From Candidatus Liminaster caballi (GTDB lineage: Bacteria; Bacteroidota; Bacteroidia; Bacteroidales; UBA3663): a stretch of 64,000 nt of DNA. The stretch is taken from contig JAGHUA010000061.1 of NCBI GenBank assembly GCA_018065085.1, forward strand, positions 8,991-72,990, written 5' to 3'. The notes beneath the pieces are model-generated. The model had not been told where the DNA came from. It did no database searches and saw only the letters and a program-made list of their open reading frames with translations. Positions 54,987 to 64,000 of this stretch are shown piece by piece (position 1 is the stretch's first letter; each line of letters begins with the position of its first letter). Both the position numbers and the translations under genes were made by a program.

Positions 54987-56546
54987 ATGAGTGCAAACAA
55001 CAGTAAACTGAGCCCACGCCAGAAGATGATCAATCTTATGTATATCGTCTTCCTGGCTATGGTTGCCCTCAATGTGTCGAGCGATGTCCTCAGCGGCTTC
55101 AAGCATGTGGAGGATGCTCTTGATGCAGGCAATCAGGGTGCCCAGTCTCGCAATAAGAAACTTTTTGACGAGTTCTCGGCAATCTATGAAAAGAACTCCG
55201 AGAAGGCAGGAACATGGTACACCCGTGCGCAAAGCACGCGTCGTCATGCCGCCGAGATGTATGCGCTGATCGATAGCATCAAACTGCAGATCGTGCAGAT
55301 GTCCGATGGCGAGGATGGCGATCCTGACAATATCCGCAATCGTGAGAATCTTGAGGCTGTCAATCAGATCATGCTTCAGCCTCGTTATGGCGCAGGCCTC
55401 CGTCTGCGTACAGCCCTTGAGGATTATCGCCAGACACTTATGTCCTACGTGCCTGCGTCTGATGCCCAGGTCATTGCCAACTATCTGAGCACAGAGATTC
55501 CCGAAGGCACCAACCTCTCCATCAAGGACTGGGAGACAGCCATGTTCGAGAACATCCCTGTGGCTGCTGCCGTAACCATCCTGGCCAAGATTCAGGGTGA
55601 TGTGCTCAATGCCGAAGGTGAGACCATTGCGAGCCTTATGCAGAGCGTAGATAGGGGAGATGTCCGCGTGAATCAGCTCTCGGCTTTTGTCATTCCTAAC
55701 AGCCGCAACGTGATGCGCGGTCAGAAATACGAGGCTCAGATTGTAATGGCAGCCATCGACTCGACCCAGACTCCACAGATCTATATTGGCAACCAGTTGT
55801 ACGATGCCGAGAAGAACGGATACTATAGTGTCGTTGCTTCGCGTGAGGGTATTCAGAATATCAGCGGCTATCTTGAGGTTGCCAAGCCTGATGGCACGAG
55901 CGAACAGCTGCCGTTTGAGACCAGCTATTTCGTGAGCGAACCGTTGGCTACAATCTCCAACACGATGATGAACGTGATGTATGCCGGTATTGACAATCCT
56001 GTCAGCATCTCTGTGCCGGGTGTCGCAGCGTCTCAGATCAGCGCATCGATGACCAACGGTACACTCACACGCAGTGGCAACGGTTGGGTAGCCAAGCCAA
56101 AGGAAGTCGATAAGGATGCCGTAATCACGGTGACAGCCAATCAGAACGGACGTTCCATGCAGGTCAGCCAGATGTCATTCCGCGTGCGTCGTCTGCCAGA
56201 TCCGACGCCTTACATCGCATACAAGGATCAGGCCGGCAACACCCAGCGCTACAAGGGCGGTGTGCCTATCGCCAAGGCACAGTTGCTCAATGCCGGTGGC
56301 ATCAAGGCAGCCATCGACGACGGTCTGCTCAATGTCGAATTCCAGGTCAAGTCATTCCGTGTGGATATCTTTGACTCGATGGGCAATGACATACCGGAGG
56401 ACAGCCAGTCGTCTGAGTTCTCATCCCGTCAGCTCGAAGCCCTTCGTCGTCTGGGCAAGGGCAAGACGTTCTTCATCACTCGCGTCAAGGCTGTAGGCCC
56501 TGATGGAATAGAGCGCACATTAAGTCCAATCCAAGTCATCTTATAA
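54987..56546 (+). CDS. porM: T9SS motor/periplasmic protein PorM/GldM
   Basis: 519 aa with the N-terminus KLSPRQKMINLMYIVFLAMVALNVS characteristic of GldM. Confidence 0.9.
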   Translation: MSANNSKLSPRQKMINLMYIVFLAMVALNVSSDVLSGFKHVEDALDAGNQGAQSRNKKLFDEFSAIYEKNSEKAGTWYTRAQSTRRHAAEMYALIDSIKLQIVQMSDGEDGDPDNIRNRENLEAVNQIMLQPRYGAGLRLRTALEDYRQTLMSYVPASDAQVIANYLSTEIPEGTNLSIKDWETAMFENIPVAAAVTILAKIQGDVLNAEGETIASLMQSVDRGDVRVNQLSAFVIPNSRNVMRGQKYEAQIVMAAIDSTQTPQIYIGNQLYDAEKNGYYSVVASREGIQNISGYLEVAKPDGTSEQLPFETSYFVSEPLATISNTMMNVMYAGIDNPVSISVPGVAASQISASMTNGTLTRSGNGWVAKPKEVDKDAVITVTANQNGRSMQVSQMSFRVRRLPDPTPYIAYKDQAGNTQRYKGGVPIAKAQLLNAGGIKAAIDDGLLNVEFQVKSFRVDIFDSMGNDIPEDSQSSEFSSRQLEALRRLGKGKTFFITRVKAVGPDGIERTLSPIQVIL

Positions 56547-56548
56547 TT

Positions 56549-57883
56549 ATGAGAATATTTCGTATTGCTGCACTTGTGTTAGGTATGTTGCTGATGGCCG
56601 GTCAGGCCGATGCACAGGTATCCGTACGCCGTGGTTCACGTTCGGCCACCGACCAGCCACGTACGGGCCGTGACAATAAGCCGAAGAAAGATCCTAAGGC
56701 TGCCACAACGTCTTCGCCAACGCTCGGAAAGGGTGATGCAGCAGCTGCGGGCAACGTCAAGGCTGGAAAAGAGAATGGTCGTCCGTTGACGGCTCCGTCC
56801 GATGCCAAGCCTGCTGATGTTAAGCCGGCAACTCCTGCCACACCGCGCAAGAATGCCACTTCCTCGCCTCAGCGCCGTCAGCCAGCAGCACCTGCAGCCG
56901 GTGGCAAAACCCTTCGTCAGCAGGCATTCGACGCCTATCAGAAAGAGGCAGCCGAGGAGACTCCATGGCAGCATGTTGTCTATCGTGAGATCGACCTCAC
57001 TGACGAGAAGAATGCTTCGCTCTATTTCCCAATCGAACCGATCGATGGACTCACCAACCTCTTCCGTGTCATTGTCGATGCCTTTGCCAAGGGCGAACTC
57101 AAGGCATACGAGTATCTGGATGGTCGCGAGGTGTTTACTGACAAATATCAGGTTAAGGTCGAGGACGTGCTTGATAAGTTCCAGATCTACTATCAGAAGA
57201 AGCCTGCCACACAGCGAGGCGGTGCCGATGTCTATGAGATTGACGAGAGCGACGTTCCGTGCAGCGAATTGCTCAGCTATTATATCAAGGAGCGTTGGGA
57301 GTTCGATCAGAAGCACAGCAAGTATCAGGCACGAGTGCTTTGCATCTGTCCTGTGCTCCATCGTGCAGGCGACTTTGGCGGAACTGCCGTCAAGTATCCA
57401 ATGTTCTGGATCAACTACGAGGATCTGCGTCCTTTCCTGCGCGATCATCTGGTTGTAAGTTCGGGTATGAACACCGCCGCACGCTACACCATGGAGGAAT
57501 TCTTCTCGCTCGGTCAGTATAACGGTACCATCTACAAGGAGCAGAACCTTCGCGGACTCTCGCTGATGCAGCAGTACCCTGACGCCGACACACTGAAGAT
57601 GGTACAGCAGCGCCTTGACGAAGAACTCCGAGCCTTCAAGGACAGCATCTGGGTTCAGGACGAGCCTGTCGAGGCCGTAGAGGACAAGAAATCTCATAAG
57701 AAGACTGCGCCTGCAGCCGACAAGACTGCCGACACCGATGGTGACGCTACGAAGGCAACCGATAAAGCAGCCGCAGCGACCGACAAGAAGAACCGTCGCA
57801 CCAAGGAGGCTGTTGACGCTGATGCCTTGGCCGAGAAGGAGGCCAATGCAACAAAGAAGCACAGTGCGCGTCGTTCGCGCTGA
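56549..57883 (+). CDS. porN: T9SS periplasmic ring protein PorN/GldN with low-complexity N- and C-terminal extensions
   Basis: 444 aa. The core (~aa 130-360) has the GldN pattern (VVYREIDLTDEKNASLYFP...). It is flanked by Pro/Ala/Lys-rich (~aa 25-125) and Lys/Ala/Asp/Thr-rich (~aa 365-444) segments. Confidence 0.85.
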   Translation: MRIFRIAALVLGMLLMAGQADAQVSVRRGSRSATDQPRTGRDNKPKKDPKAATTSSPTLGKGDAAAAGNVKAGKENGRPLTAPSDAKPADVKPATPATPRKNATSSPQRRQPAAPAAGGKTLRQQAFDAYQKEAAEETPWQHVVYREIDLTDEKNASLYFPIEPIDGLTNLFRVIVDAFAKGELKAYEYLDGREVFTDKYQVKVEDVLDKFQIYYQKKPATQRGGADVYEIDESDVPCSELLSYYIKERWEFDQKHSKYQARVLCICPVLHRAGDFGGTAVKYPMFWINYEDLRPFLRDHLVVSSGMNTAARYTMEEFFSLGQYNGTIYKEQNLRGLSLMQQYPDADTLKMVQQRLDEELRAFKDSIWVQDEPVEAVEDKKSHKKTAPAADKTADTDGDATKATDKAAAATDKKNRRTKEAVDADALAEKEANATKKHSARRSR

Positions 57884-57929
57884 TTGTCAGAGCAGTTTCT
57901 GACACATACGACGATACAAGACATAATCT

Positions 57930-58868
57930 ATGATAACTATTGTTGGCCCAACAGCATCGGGCAAAACCCGTCTTGCCGTGGATGTGGCACTCGAATATGG
58001 TGCGGAGATCATCAGCGGCGACTCACGTCAGGTCTATCGCGGCATGACGCTTGGTACGGGCAAGGATTTGGACGATTACATCGTTCGTGACAGTGATGGC
58101 AAGGTACAGAAAGTTGTGCCCTGCCATCTGATCGATATCAGGGAACCAGGCTACAAATACAGCATCTATGAGTTCCAGCAGGATTTCCACACCGCACTTT
58201 CCGACATCCGTCAGCGCGGCAAGGAGGTAGTTTTCTGTGGCGGCAGCGGCCTTTATGTCGAGTCCGTGCTCAAGGGCTATGAGATGCACGAGGTGCCTGA
58301 GAATCCCGAACTTCGTCAGAGGCTTGAGGGGAAGACGCTCGACGAACTGACCGAGATTCTCAAGACTTACAAGACTCTCCATAACAATACGGACACTGAC
58401 ACGGCAAAGCGCGCTATCCGTGAGATTGAGATCCGCGACTATTATAAGACCCATTCGCAGCAGCTTACGGCCTATCCGCCAGTTCCGAGTCTCGTTGTCG
58501 GCATCGACGTGGATCGTGACGTACGTCGCGAACGCATCAGCCGTCGTCTGCGCCAGCGTCTCGACGACGGAATGGTGGAGGAGGTGCGAGGCTTGCTCGA
58601 CAGCGGCATAGCGCCCGAGGATCTGATCTATTACGGACTCGAATACAAATATCTCACTCTCTATGTAACCGGTCGTCTGACTTACGACGAAATGGTCTCT
58701 CAGCTCGAGATTGCCATCCATCAGTTTGCCAAGCGGCAGATGACATGGTTCCGCGGAATGGAACGCCGAGGCACGCAGATCCATTGGGTCAGAGAGTCCA
58801 TTCCGAATGAAGAGAAAGTTGCTCAGATAAAACAATTATACGAAATATTTCTGTGCAAAAATGTGTAA
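57930..58868 (+). CDS. miaA: tRNA dimethylallyltransferase
   Basis: 312 aa with the P-loop GPTASGKT, then DSRQVYRGM..GT.K and QFAKRQMTWFR. Confidence 0.9.
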   Translation: MITIVGPTASGKTRLAVDVALEYGAEIISGDSRQVYRGMTLGTGKDLDDYIVRDSDGKVQKVVPCHLIDIREPGYKYSIYEFQQDFHTALSDIRQRGKEVVFCGGSGLYVESVLKGYEMHEVPENPELRQRLEGKTLDELTEILKTYKTLHNNTDTDTAKRAIREIEIRDYYKTHSQQLTAYPPVPSLVVGIDVDRDVRRERISRRLRQRLDDGMVEEVRGLLDSGIAPEDLIYYGLEYKYLTLYVTGRLTYDEMVSQLEIAIHQFAKRQMTWFRGMERRGTQIHWVRESIPNEEKVAQIKQLYEIFLCKNV

Positions 58869-58968
58869 AACCGATTGCGCAACACGTCCAAAAAGTGTTT
58901 AAAAACATATTTTTGCGAAAAATATTAAAAAAATGCAAGTTTTAGTTTGCAAATTGAAATATTTTATA

Positions 58969-58976
58969 TATATTTG
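58969..58976 (+). promoter_or_regulatory. Bacteroidetes -7 promoter box (TATATTTG)
   Basis: Matches TAnnTTTG 29 nt upstream of the GTG start at 59005. Confidence 0.45.
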
Positions 58977-59004
58977 CACCCGTAAATCTTAATCTTTAAT
59001 TGTA

Positions 59005-60189
59005 GTGGAGACTTTTTATAGAACACACAAGTACCTGGTCGAGCATGTCTATAGTCCTGTAAGACGTGCCTTGATTGATGAAATCAACTGGAGTAGCCGG
59101 CTTATCGGCATCAAGGGTAGTCGTGGTGTAGGTAAAACCACCTTCCTCCTTCAGTATGCCTTGGAGAAATACGGTCCTGATGATCATCGTTGTCTTTATA
59201 TCAACATGAATCATTTCTATTTCTACACTCACACGCTTCGCGAGTTTGTGGCCAATTTCCAGCAGGGCGGAGGCCGAACACTGCTCGTCGATGAGATTTT
59301 CAAGTATCCAAACTGGAGTGAGGAGTTGAAGTTCATTCATGATCAATATCCAAAGGTTCAGATTATATTTGCCGGTTCCACAGTGATGCGTCTCAAGGAG
59401 GCCAATCCTGTGCTCAACGGCATTGTCGATTCATACAATCTGCGTGGTTTCTCGTTCCGCGAGTATATCAACCTCATGGCAGGCACCAATTTCAAGCCTT
59501 ACACCTACGAGGAGATTCTTGCCAACCACACACAGATTGCAACAGATATCTGTGCTCAGATCAAGCCTCTCAACTATTTTAAGGATTATATTCATCACGG
59601 CTACTATCCGTTCTTCCTTGAGAAGAAGAACTATAGCGAGATGCTGATCAAGAATATGAACACCATGCTTGAGGTTGACATCCTCTTCCTCAAGGAGATT
59701 GAGCTCGGTTATCTGCCAAAGCTCAAGAAGCTGCTTCATATCCTTGCTCAGGAGGCTCCTTGCTCGCCTAACGTCAGCCTTCTGGCCAAGAGCATCGAGA
59801 CCAGCCGTGCCACCGTGGTCAACTATCTGTCATATCTCAAGGAGGCCCGACTCATCAATATGCTTTATACCATCGATGAGCAGTTCCCAAAGAAGCCTGC
59901 CGTGGTCTATATGCACAACACCAACATCCTTTTCCCAACATGTCTCAACGAGGTGGAGCCACGTCAGTTGCGCGAGACCTTCTTCTACAACATGCTGCAT
60001 AAGGACAACCGCCTCAACAAGTCGGCCGAGCGCAACATCCAGTTCCTTGTCAACAAGAAGGATCGCTTCCGCGTCTGCGACTGGGTGGTACGCACCAAGA
60101 ACAATCCGGAGTATTACTATGCCATCGACAACTATGAGATCGGTCATGACAACGTGATTCCTCTGTGGCTGTTCGGCTTCCTCTATTAA
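59005..60189 (+). CDS. AAA-family ATPase (AAA_14/DUF4143-like, common Bacteroidales orphan ATPase)
   Basis: 394 aa with a GTG start. Walker A GIKGSRGVGKTT and Walker B TLLVDEIF. The C-terminal region resembles the DUF4143 type. Confidence 0.7.
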   Translation: METFYRTHKYLVEHVYSPVRRALIDEINWSSRLIGIKGSRGVGKTTFLLQYALEKYGPDDHRCLYINMNHFYFYTHTLREFVANFQQGGGRTLLVDEIFKYPNWSEELKFIHDQYPKVQIIFAGSTVMRLKEANPVLNGIVDSYNLRGFSFREYINLMAGTNFKPYTYEEILANHTQIATDICAQIKPLNYFKDYIHHGYYPFFLEKKNYSEMLIKNMNTMLEVDILFLKEIELGYLPKLKKLLHILAQEAPCSPNVSLLAKSIETSRATVVNYLSYLKEARLINMLYTIDEQFPKKPAVVYMHNTNILFPTCLNEVEPRQLRETFFYNMLHKDNRLNKSAERNIQFLVNKKDRFRVCDWVVRTKNNPEYYYAIDNYEIGHDNVIPLWLFGFLY

Positions 60190-60286
60190 TAATGGATGTG
60201 TCCGTTGTGCCATCCCTTATTATATATAATGAGAATCCAACAACTAAACTAACTTATACAATTCAATTTTTTAATTTACTATCTTT

Positions 60287-63200
60287 ATGGCAAAGAAATT
60301 TATGACATGTGATGGTAATACTGCTGCTGCGCATATTGCGTATATGTTCAGCGAGGTAGCAGCTATCTACCCAATCACTCCATCGTCACCGATGGCAGAA
60401 AATGTCGATGAATGGGCTGCTCAGGGTCGTAAGAACCTTTTTGGCGAGACAGTGCTTGTTCAGGAAATGCAGTCTGAGGGTGGTGCAGCAGGTGCTGTTC
60501 ACGGTTCTCTTCAGGCAGGTGCGCTTACCACAACATTCACTGCATCTCAGGGCTTGCTCCTGATGATCCCTAATATGTACAAGATTGCAGGTGAGTTGAT
60601 CCCATCTGTATTCCATGTTTCTGCACGTACACTTGCTTCACACGCTCTCTGTATCTTCGGCGATCACCAGGACGTTATGGCTTGCCGCCAGACCGGTTTC
60701 GCTATGTTGGCCGAGGGTTCTGTACAGGAGGTTATGGATCTTGCTGCTGTGGCTCACCTTGCTACACTGACAAGCCGTGTTCCATTCCTCAACTTCTTCG
60801 ACGGCTTCCGTACCTCACACGAGTATCAGAAGATCGAGGTTGTTGATCAGGAGGAGCTCCGTCCACTCGTTGACTGGGACGCTGTAAAGGCATTCCGTGA
60901 GCGTGCACTCTCTCCAGAGCATCCTGAGATGCGCGGTATGGCTGAGAATCCAGACGTATTCTTCGCTCACCGTGAGTCTTGCAACCCATACTACAATGCT
61001 GTTCCAGATATCGTTGCCAAGTACATGGATCAGGTTTCAGCCATCACAGGCCGCAAGCACCGTCCATTCGACTACTATGGAGCACCAGATGCTGAGAACA
61101 TCATCATCGCAATGGGTTCTGCAACAGAGTGCATCAAGGAGGTTATCGACTACAAGGCAGCTCAGGGCGAGAAGGTCGGCTTGATCTCTGTTCACCTCTA
61201 TCGTCCATTCTCTCTCAAGTACCTCAAGGAGGCAATCCCTGCATCATGCAAGAAGATCTGCGTTCTCGATCGTACAAAGGAGCCAGGTGCAAACTCGGAG
61301 CCACTCTACCTCGATGTAGTTGACGCTCTCAACGAGCTTGGCATGAAGGATATCAAGGTTGTAGGTGGCCGCTACGGTCTCGGTTCTAACGACACAACTC
61401 CAGCACAGATCATCGCTGTGTATGAGAACCTCGCTATGAACGAGCCAAAGAACCACTTCACACTCGGTATCGTTGATGACGTTACCTTCACTTCGCTTCC
61501 AGTTGGCGAGGAGGTTTCAGTTGCTCCTGCAGGTCTCTTCCAGGCTAAGTTCTATGGTCTTGGTGCTGACGGTACCGTTGGTGCTAACAAGAACTCTGTC
61601 AAGATCATCGGTGAGACAACCGACAAGTACTGCCAGGCTTACTTCTCATACGACTCGAAGAAGTCAGGTGGCTTCACCTGCTCACATCTCCGTTTCGGTG
61701 ACACTCCTATCCAGTCAACATACCTCGTAACAACTCCTAACTTCGTTGCATGCCACCAGCAGGCTTACCTCAACATGTACGACGTTACCCGTGGTATCCA
61801 GAAGGGCGGTACATTCCTTCTCAACACCATCTGGGACGGTGAGGAGCTCGTTAACAACATCCCTAACAAGGTAAAGGCTGTTCTTGCTAAGCAGCAGGTT
61901 AAGGTTTACTACATCAACGCTACCAAGATCGCTCAGGAGATCGGTCTCGGCAACCGTACCAACACCATCCTCCAGTCAGCATTCTTCCGCATCACAGGCG
62001 TTATCCCTGTTGAGCAGGCTGTTGAGGAGATGAAGCACTTCATCGTTAAGTCTTACGGCAAGAAGGGCGAGGACGTAGTTAACAAGAACTATGCAGCCGT
62101 TGATCGCGGTGGCGAGTACAAGGAGCTTACCGTTGATCCATCATGGGCATCACTTGAGGCTCAGCCACGCGTTTACACCGATGGCGACGCATTCATCAAC
62201 GAGGTAGTTCGTCCAATCAACGCACAGGACGGTGACCTCCTCCCAGTATCCGCATTCAAGGGTATTGAGGATGGTACATGGCACGCAGGCACAGCCAAGT
62301 TCGAGAAGCGCGGCGTAGGTGCATTCGTTCCAGTATGGGATGCTGAGAAGTGTATCCAGTGTAACAAGTGTGCTTATGTTTGTCCTCACGCTTGCATCCG
62401 TCCATTCGTAATGACAGCCGAGGAGAAGGAAGGCTTCACAGGCCAGACCATCGAGATGAAGGCTCCAGCTGCAATGAAGGGTATGTTCTTCACAATGCAG
62501 GTTGGCGTTAAGGACTGTCTCGCTTGCGGTAACTGTGCTGATGTCTGCCCAGGCAATCCAAAGCTTGGCGGCCCAGCTCTCACAATGAAGCCATACGACG
62601 ACTCATCTGAGGCTGCTCAGAAGGAGGCTGCTCAGTGGCAGTATTGCGTTGAGAACGTAACTTCTAAGCAGGATCTCGTTGACATCACAGCCAACGTTAA
62701 GAACTCACAGTTCGCTCAGCCACTCTTCGAGTTCTCAGGTGCTTGCGCAGGTTGCGGTGAGACTCCATACGTTAAGCTCATCTCTCAGCTCTTCGGTGAC
62801 CGTGAGATCGTTGCCAACGCTACAGGTTGCTCTTCAATCTACTCTGGTTCAGTACCATCAACTCCTTACACCAAGAACGCTAAGGGTCAGGGTCCAGCTT
62901 GGGCTAACTCACTCTTCGAGGACTTCTGCGAGTTCGGTCTCGGTATGTCTATCGCCAACAAGAAGATGAAGCAGCGCCTCACCAAGCTCATGACAGAGGC
63001 TCAGGAGTGCACTTGCTGCTCAGACGAGCTCAAGGCTCTCATGAAGGAGTGGATTGAGAAGCAGGAGGACGCAGCTGCTACCAAGGCACTTGCTCCACAG
63101 ATCGTTGCAGCATGCGAGGCATGCGGTTGCGACACCTGCAAGCAGATCCTCACCTATAAGGATCACCTCGTAAAGCGCAGCCAGTGGATCATTGGCGGTG

Positions 63201-63832
63201 ACGGTGCTTCTTACGATATCGGTTACGGCGGTCTCGACCACGTTATCGCTTCTGGCGAGGATGTTAACGTATTCGTTATCGATACTGAGGTTTACTCTAA
63301 CACCGGTGGTCAGTCTTCTAAGGCTACTCCTCTCGGCGCTATCGCTAAGTTTGCTGCTGCAGGCAAGCGTGTACGCAAGAAGGACCTCGGCATGATTGCC
63401 ACAACCTACGGTTACGTATATGTAGCTCAGATCGCTATGGGTGCTGACCAGGCACAGACCCTCAAGGCTCTCAAGGAGGCTGAGGCTTACCACGGACCAT
63501 CACTCGTTATCGCTTACGCTCCATGTATCAACCACGGTCTTAAGGCTGGTATGGGCAAGTCACAGGCTGAGGAGGCTAAGGCCGTTGAGTGCGGTTACTG
63601 GCACCTCTGGCGCTTCAACCCAGAACTTGAGGCAGAAGGCAAGAACCCATTCACACTCGACTCTAAGGAGCCACAGTGGGATAAGTTCCAGGACTTCCTC
63701 AAGGGCGAGGTTCGCTACGCATCTGTTGCTAAGCAGTTCCCTGCTGAGGCTCAGGAGCTCTTCACACAGGCTGAGGAGATGGCTAAGAAGCGTTACCAGA
63801 CCTACGTTCGTCAGACCAAGCTCGAATACTAA
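60287..63832 (+). CDS. nifJ: Pyruvate:ferredoxin (flavodoxin) oxidoreductase
   Basis: 1181 aa. Two 4Fe-4S ferredoxin motifs (CIQCNKCAYVCPHACIRP, CLACGNCADVCP) and the TPP-binding block GGDGASYDIGYGGLDHV. Strong codon bias. Confidence 0.95.
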   Translation: MAKKFMTCDGNTAAAHIAYMFSEVAAIYPITPSSPMAENVDEWAAQGRKNLFGETVLVQEMQSEGGAAGAVHGSLQAGALTTTFTASQGLLLMIPNMYKIAGELIPSVFHVSARTLASHALCIFGDHQDVMACRQTGFAMLAEGSVQEVMDLAAVAHLATLTSRVPFLNFFDGFRTSHEYQKIEVVDQEELRPLVDWDAVKAFRERALSPEHPEMRGMAENPDVFFAHRESCNPYYNAVPDIVAKYMDQVSAITGRKHRPFDYYGAPDAENIIIAMGSATECIKEVIDYKAAQGEKVGLISVHLYRPFSLKYLKEAIPASCKKICVLDRTKEPGANSEPLYLDVVDALNELGMKDIKVVGGRYGLGSNDTTPAQIIAVYENLAMNEPKNHFTLGIVDDVTFTSLPVGEEVSVAPAGLFQAKFYGLGADGTVGANKNSVKIIGETTDKYCQAYFSYDSKKSGGFTCSHLRFGDTPIQSTYLVTTPNFVACHQQAYLNMYDVTRGIQKGGTFLLNTIWDGEELVNNIPNKVKAVLAKQQVKVYYINATKIAQEIGLGNRTNTILQSAFFRITGVIPVEQAVEEMKHFIVKSYGKKGEDVVNKNYAAVDRGGEYKELTVDPSWASLEAQPRVYTDGDAFINEVVRPINAQDGDLLPVSAFKGIEDGTWHAGTAKFEKRGVGAFVPVWDAEKCIQCNKCAYVCPHACIRPFVMTAEEKEGFTGQTIEMKAPAAMKGMFFTMQVGVKDCLACGNCADVCPGNPKLGGPALTMKPYDDSSEAAQKEAAQWQYCVENVTSKQDLVDITANVKNSQFAQPLFEFSGACAGCGETPYVKLISQLFGDREIVANATGCSSIYSGSVPSTPYTKNAKGQGPAWANSLFEDFCEFGLGMSIANKKMKQRLTKLMTEAQECTCCSDELKALMKEWIEKQEDAAATKALAPQIVAACEACGCDTCKQILTYKDHLVKRSQWIIGGDGASYDIGYGGLDHVIASGEDVNVFVIDTEVYSNTGGQSSKATPLGAIAKFAAAGKRVRKKDLGMIATTYGYVYVAQIAMGADQAQTLKALKEAEAYHGPSLVIAYAPCINHGLKAGMGKSQAEEAKAVECGYWHLWRFNPELEAEGKNPFTLDSKEPQWDKFQDFLKGEVRYASVAKQFPAEAQELFTQAEEMAKKRYQTYVRQTKLEY

Positions 63833-63856
63833 TCAATTCGACTTCTGATAATATTT

Positions 63857-63899
63857 TTCGGCAGCATTCCCAATCGGGAGTGCTGCCGAATTCGTATTT
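63857..63899 (+). terminator. Rho-independent terminator after nifJ
   Basis: 13-bp stem (63859-63871 pairs with 63876-63888, one G-U pair) with a 4-nt loop, followed by a T-rich tail. Confidence 0.7.
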
Positions 63900-63908
63900 A
63901 ATTATTGC

Positions 63909-64000
63909 AAAACTTTCATTTGGACTTCCCAGGTCTTAGGAAATGCTAACAAAAGTTTCGTTTGGACTTCCCAAGTGTTCGGAAATGCTGCCGAAAGTTT
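63909..64000. repeat. Tandem 42-bp array, family A, second locus (truncated by the window end)
   Basis: Units run 63909-63950, 63951-63992, and from 63993 onward. Sequence AAAACTTTCATTTGGACTTCCCAGGTCTTAGGAAATGCTAAC / AAAAGTTTCGTTTGGACTTCCCAAGTGTTCGGAAATGCTGCC / GAAAGTTT..., in the same orientation as 16168-16503. Confidence 0.9.

Overview
This is a 64-kb chromosomal segment from a Bacteroidales bacterium, probably Prevotellaceae-like. Lineage evidence: a porP-porK-porL-porM-porN type IX secretion operon, Na+-NQR nqrABCDEF, PFOR, TAnnTTTG -7 promoter boxes ahead of many genes, and no Shine-Dalgarno signals. Most of the window is ordinary core genome. It holds a MacB-type efflux operon (2 permeases, adaptor, TolC), a GH35/GH95/fucose-isomerase-like cluster with an orphan LytS-type kinase, and a GH2. 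It also holds a UvrD-like helicase, prmA, Nudix, tldD/pmbA, yihY, rluD, ddl, nadC, nqr, T9SS core genes, miaA and nifJ. I recognise no rRNA, tRNA, CRISPR/cas, integrase, IS element or canonical defence or biosynthetic cluster. The signals that annotation does not explain are mostly non-coding. (1) Three tandem arrays have an exactly 42-bp unit (16168-16503, 34761-35121, and 63909 to the window end). They fall into two sequence families that share a 12-13-nt core in opposite orientation, and each unit carries an inverted repeat. All three lie in 3' intergenic gaps. (2) A dyad-symmetric block of helically phased AATTCRYG octamers lies at 15873-16111. (3) A lower-GC island (~15.86-23.26 kb) carries an AAA-ATPase/PD-(D/E)XK gene, a 1479-aa T9SS-sorted repeat adhesin and a small unannotated ORF. 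(4) A RAYT-like HUH/Y1 domain protein has a ~265-aa C-terminal module I cannot identify. (5) An aguB-like amidase reads through into a signal-peptide-bearing low-complexity protein. I cannot show that any of these is a functional system. The repeat arrays, possibly linked to the RAYT-like gene, are the best candidate for something undescribed. All similarity calls come from motif recognition by eye, because no searches could be run.
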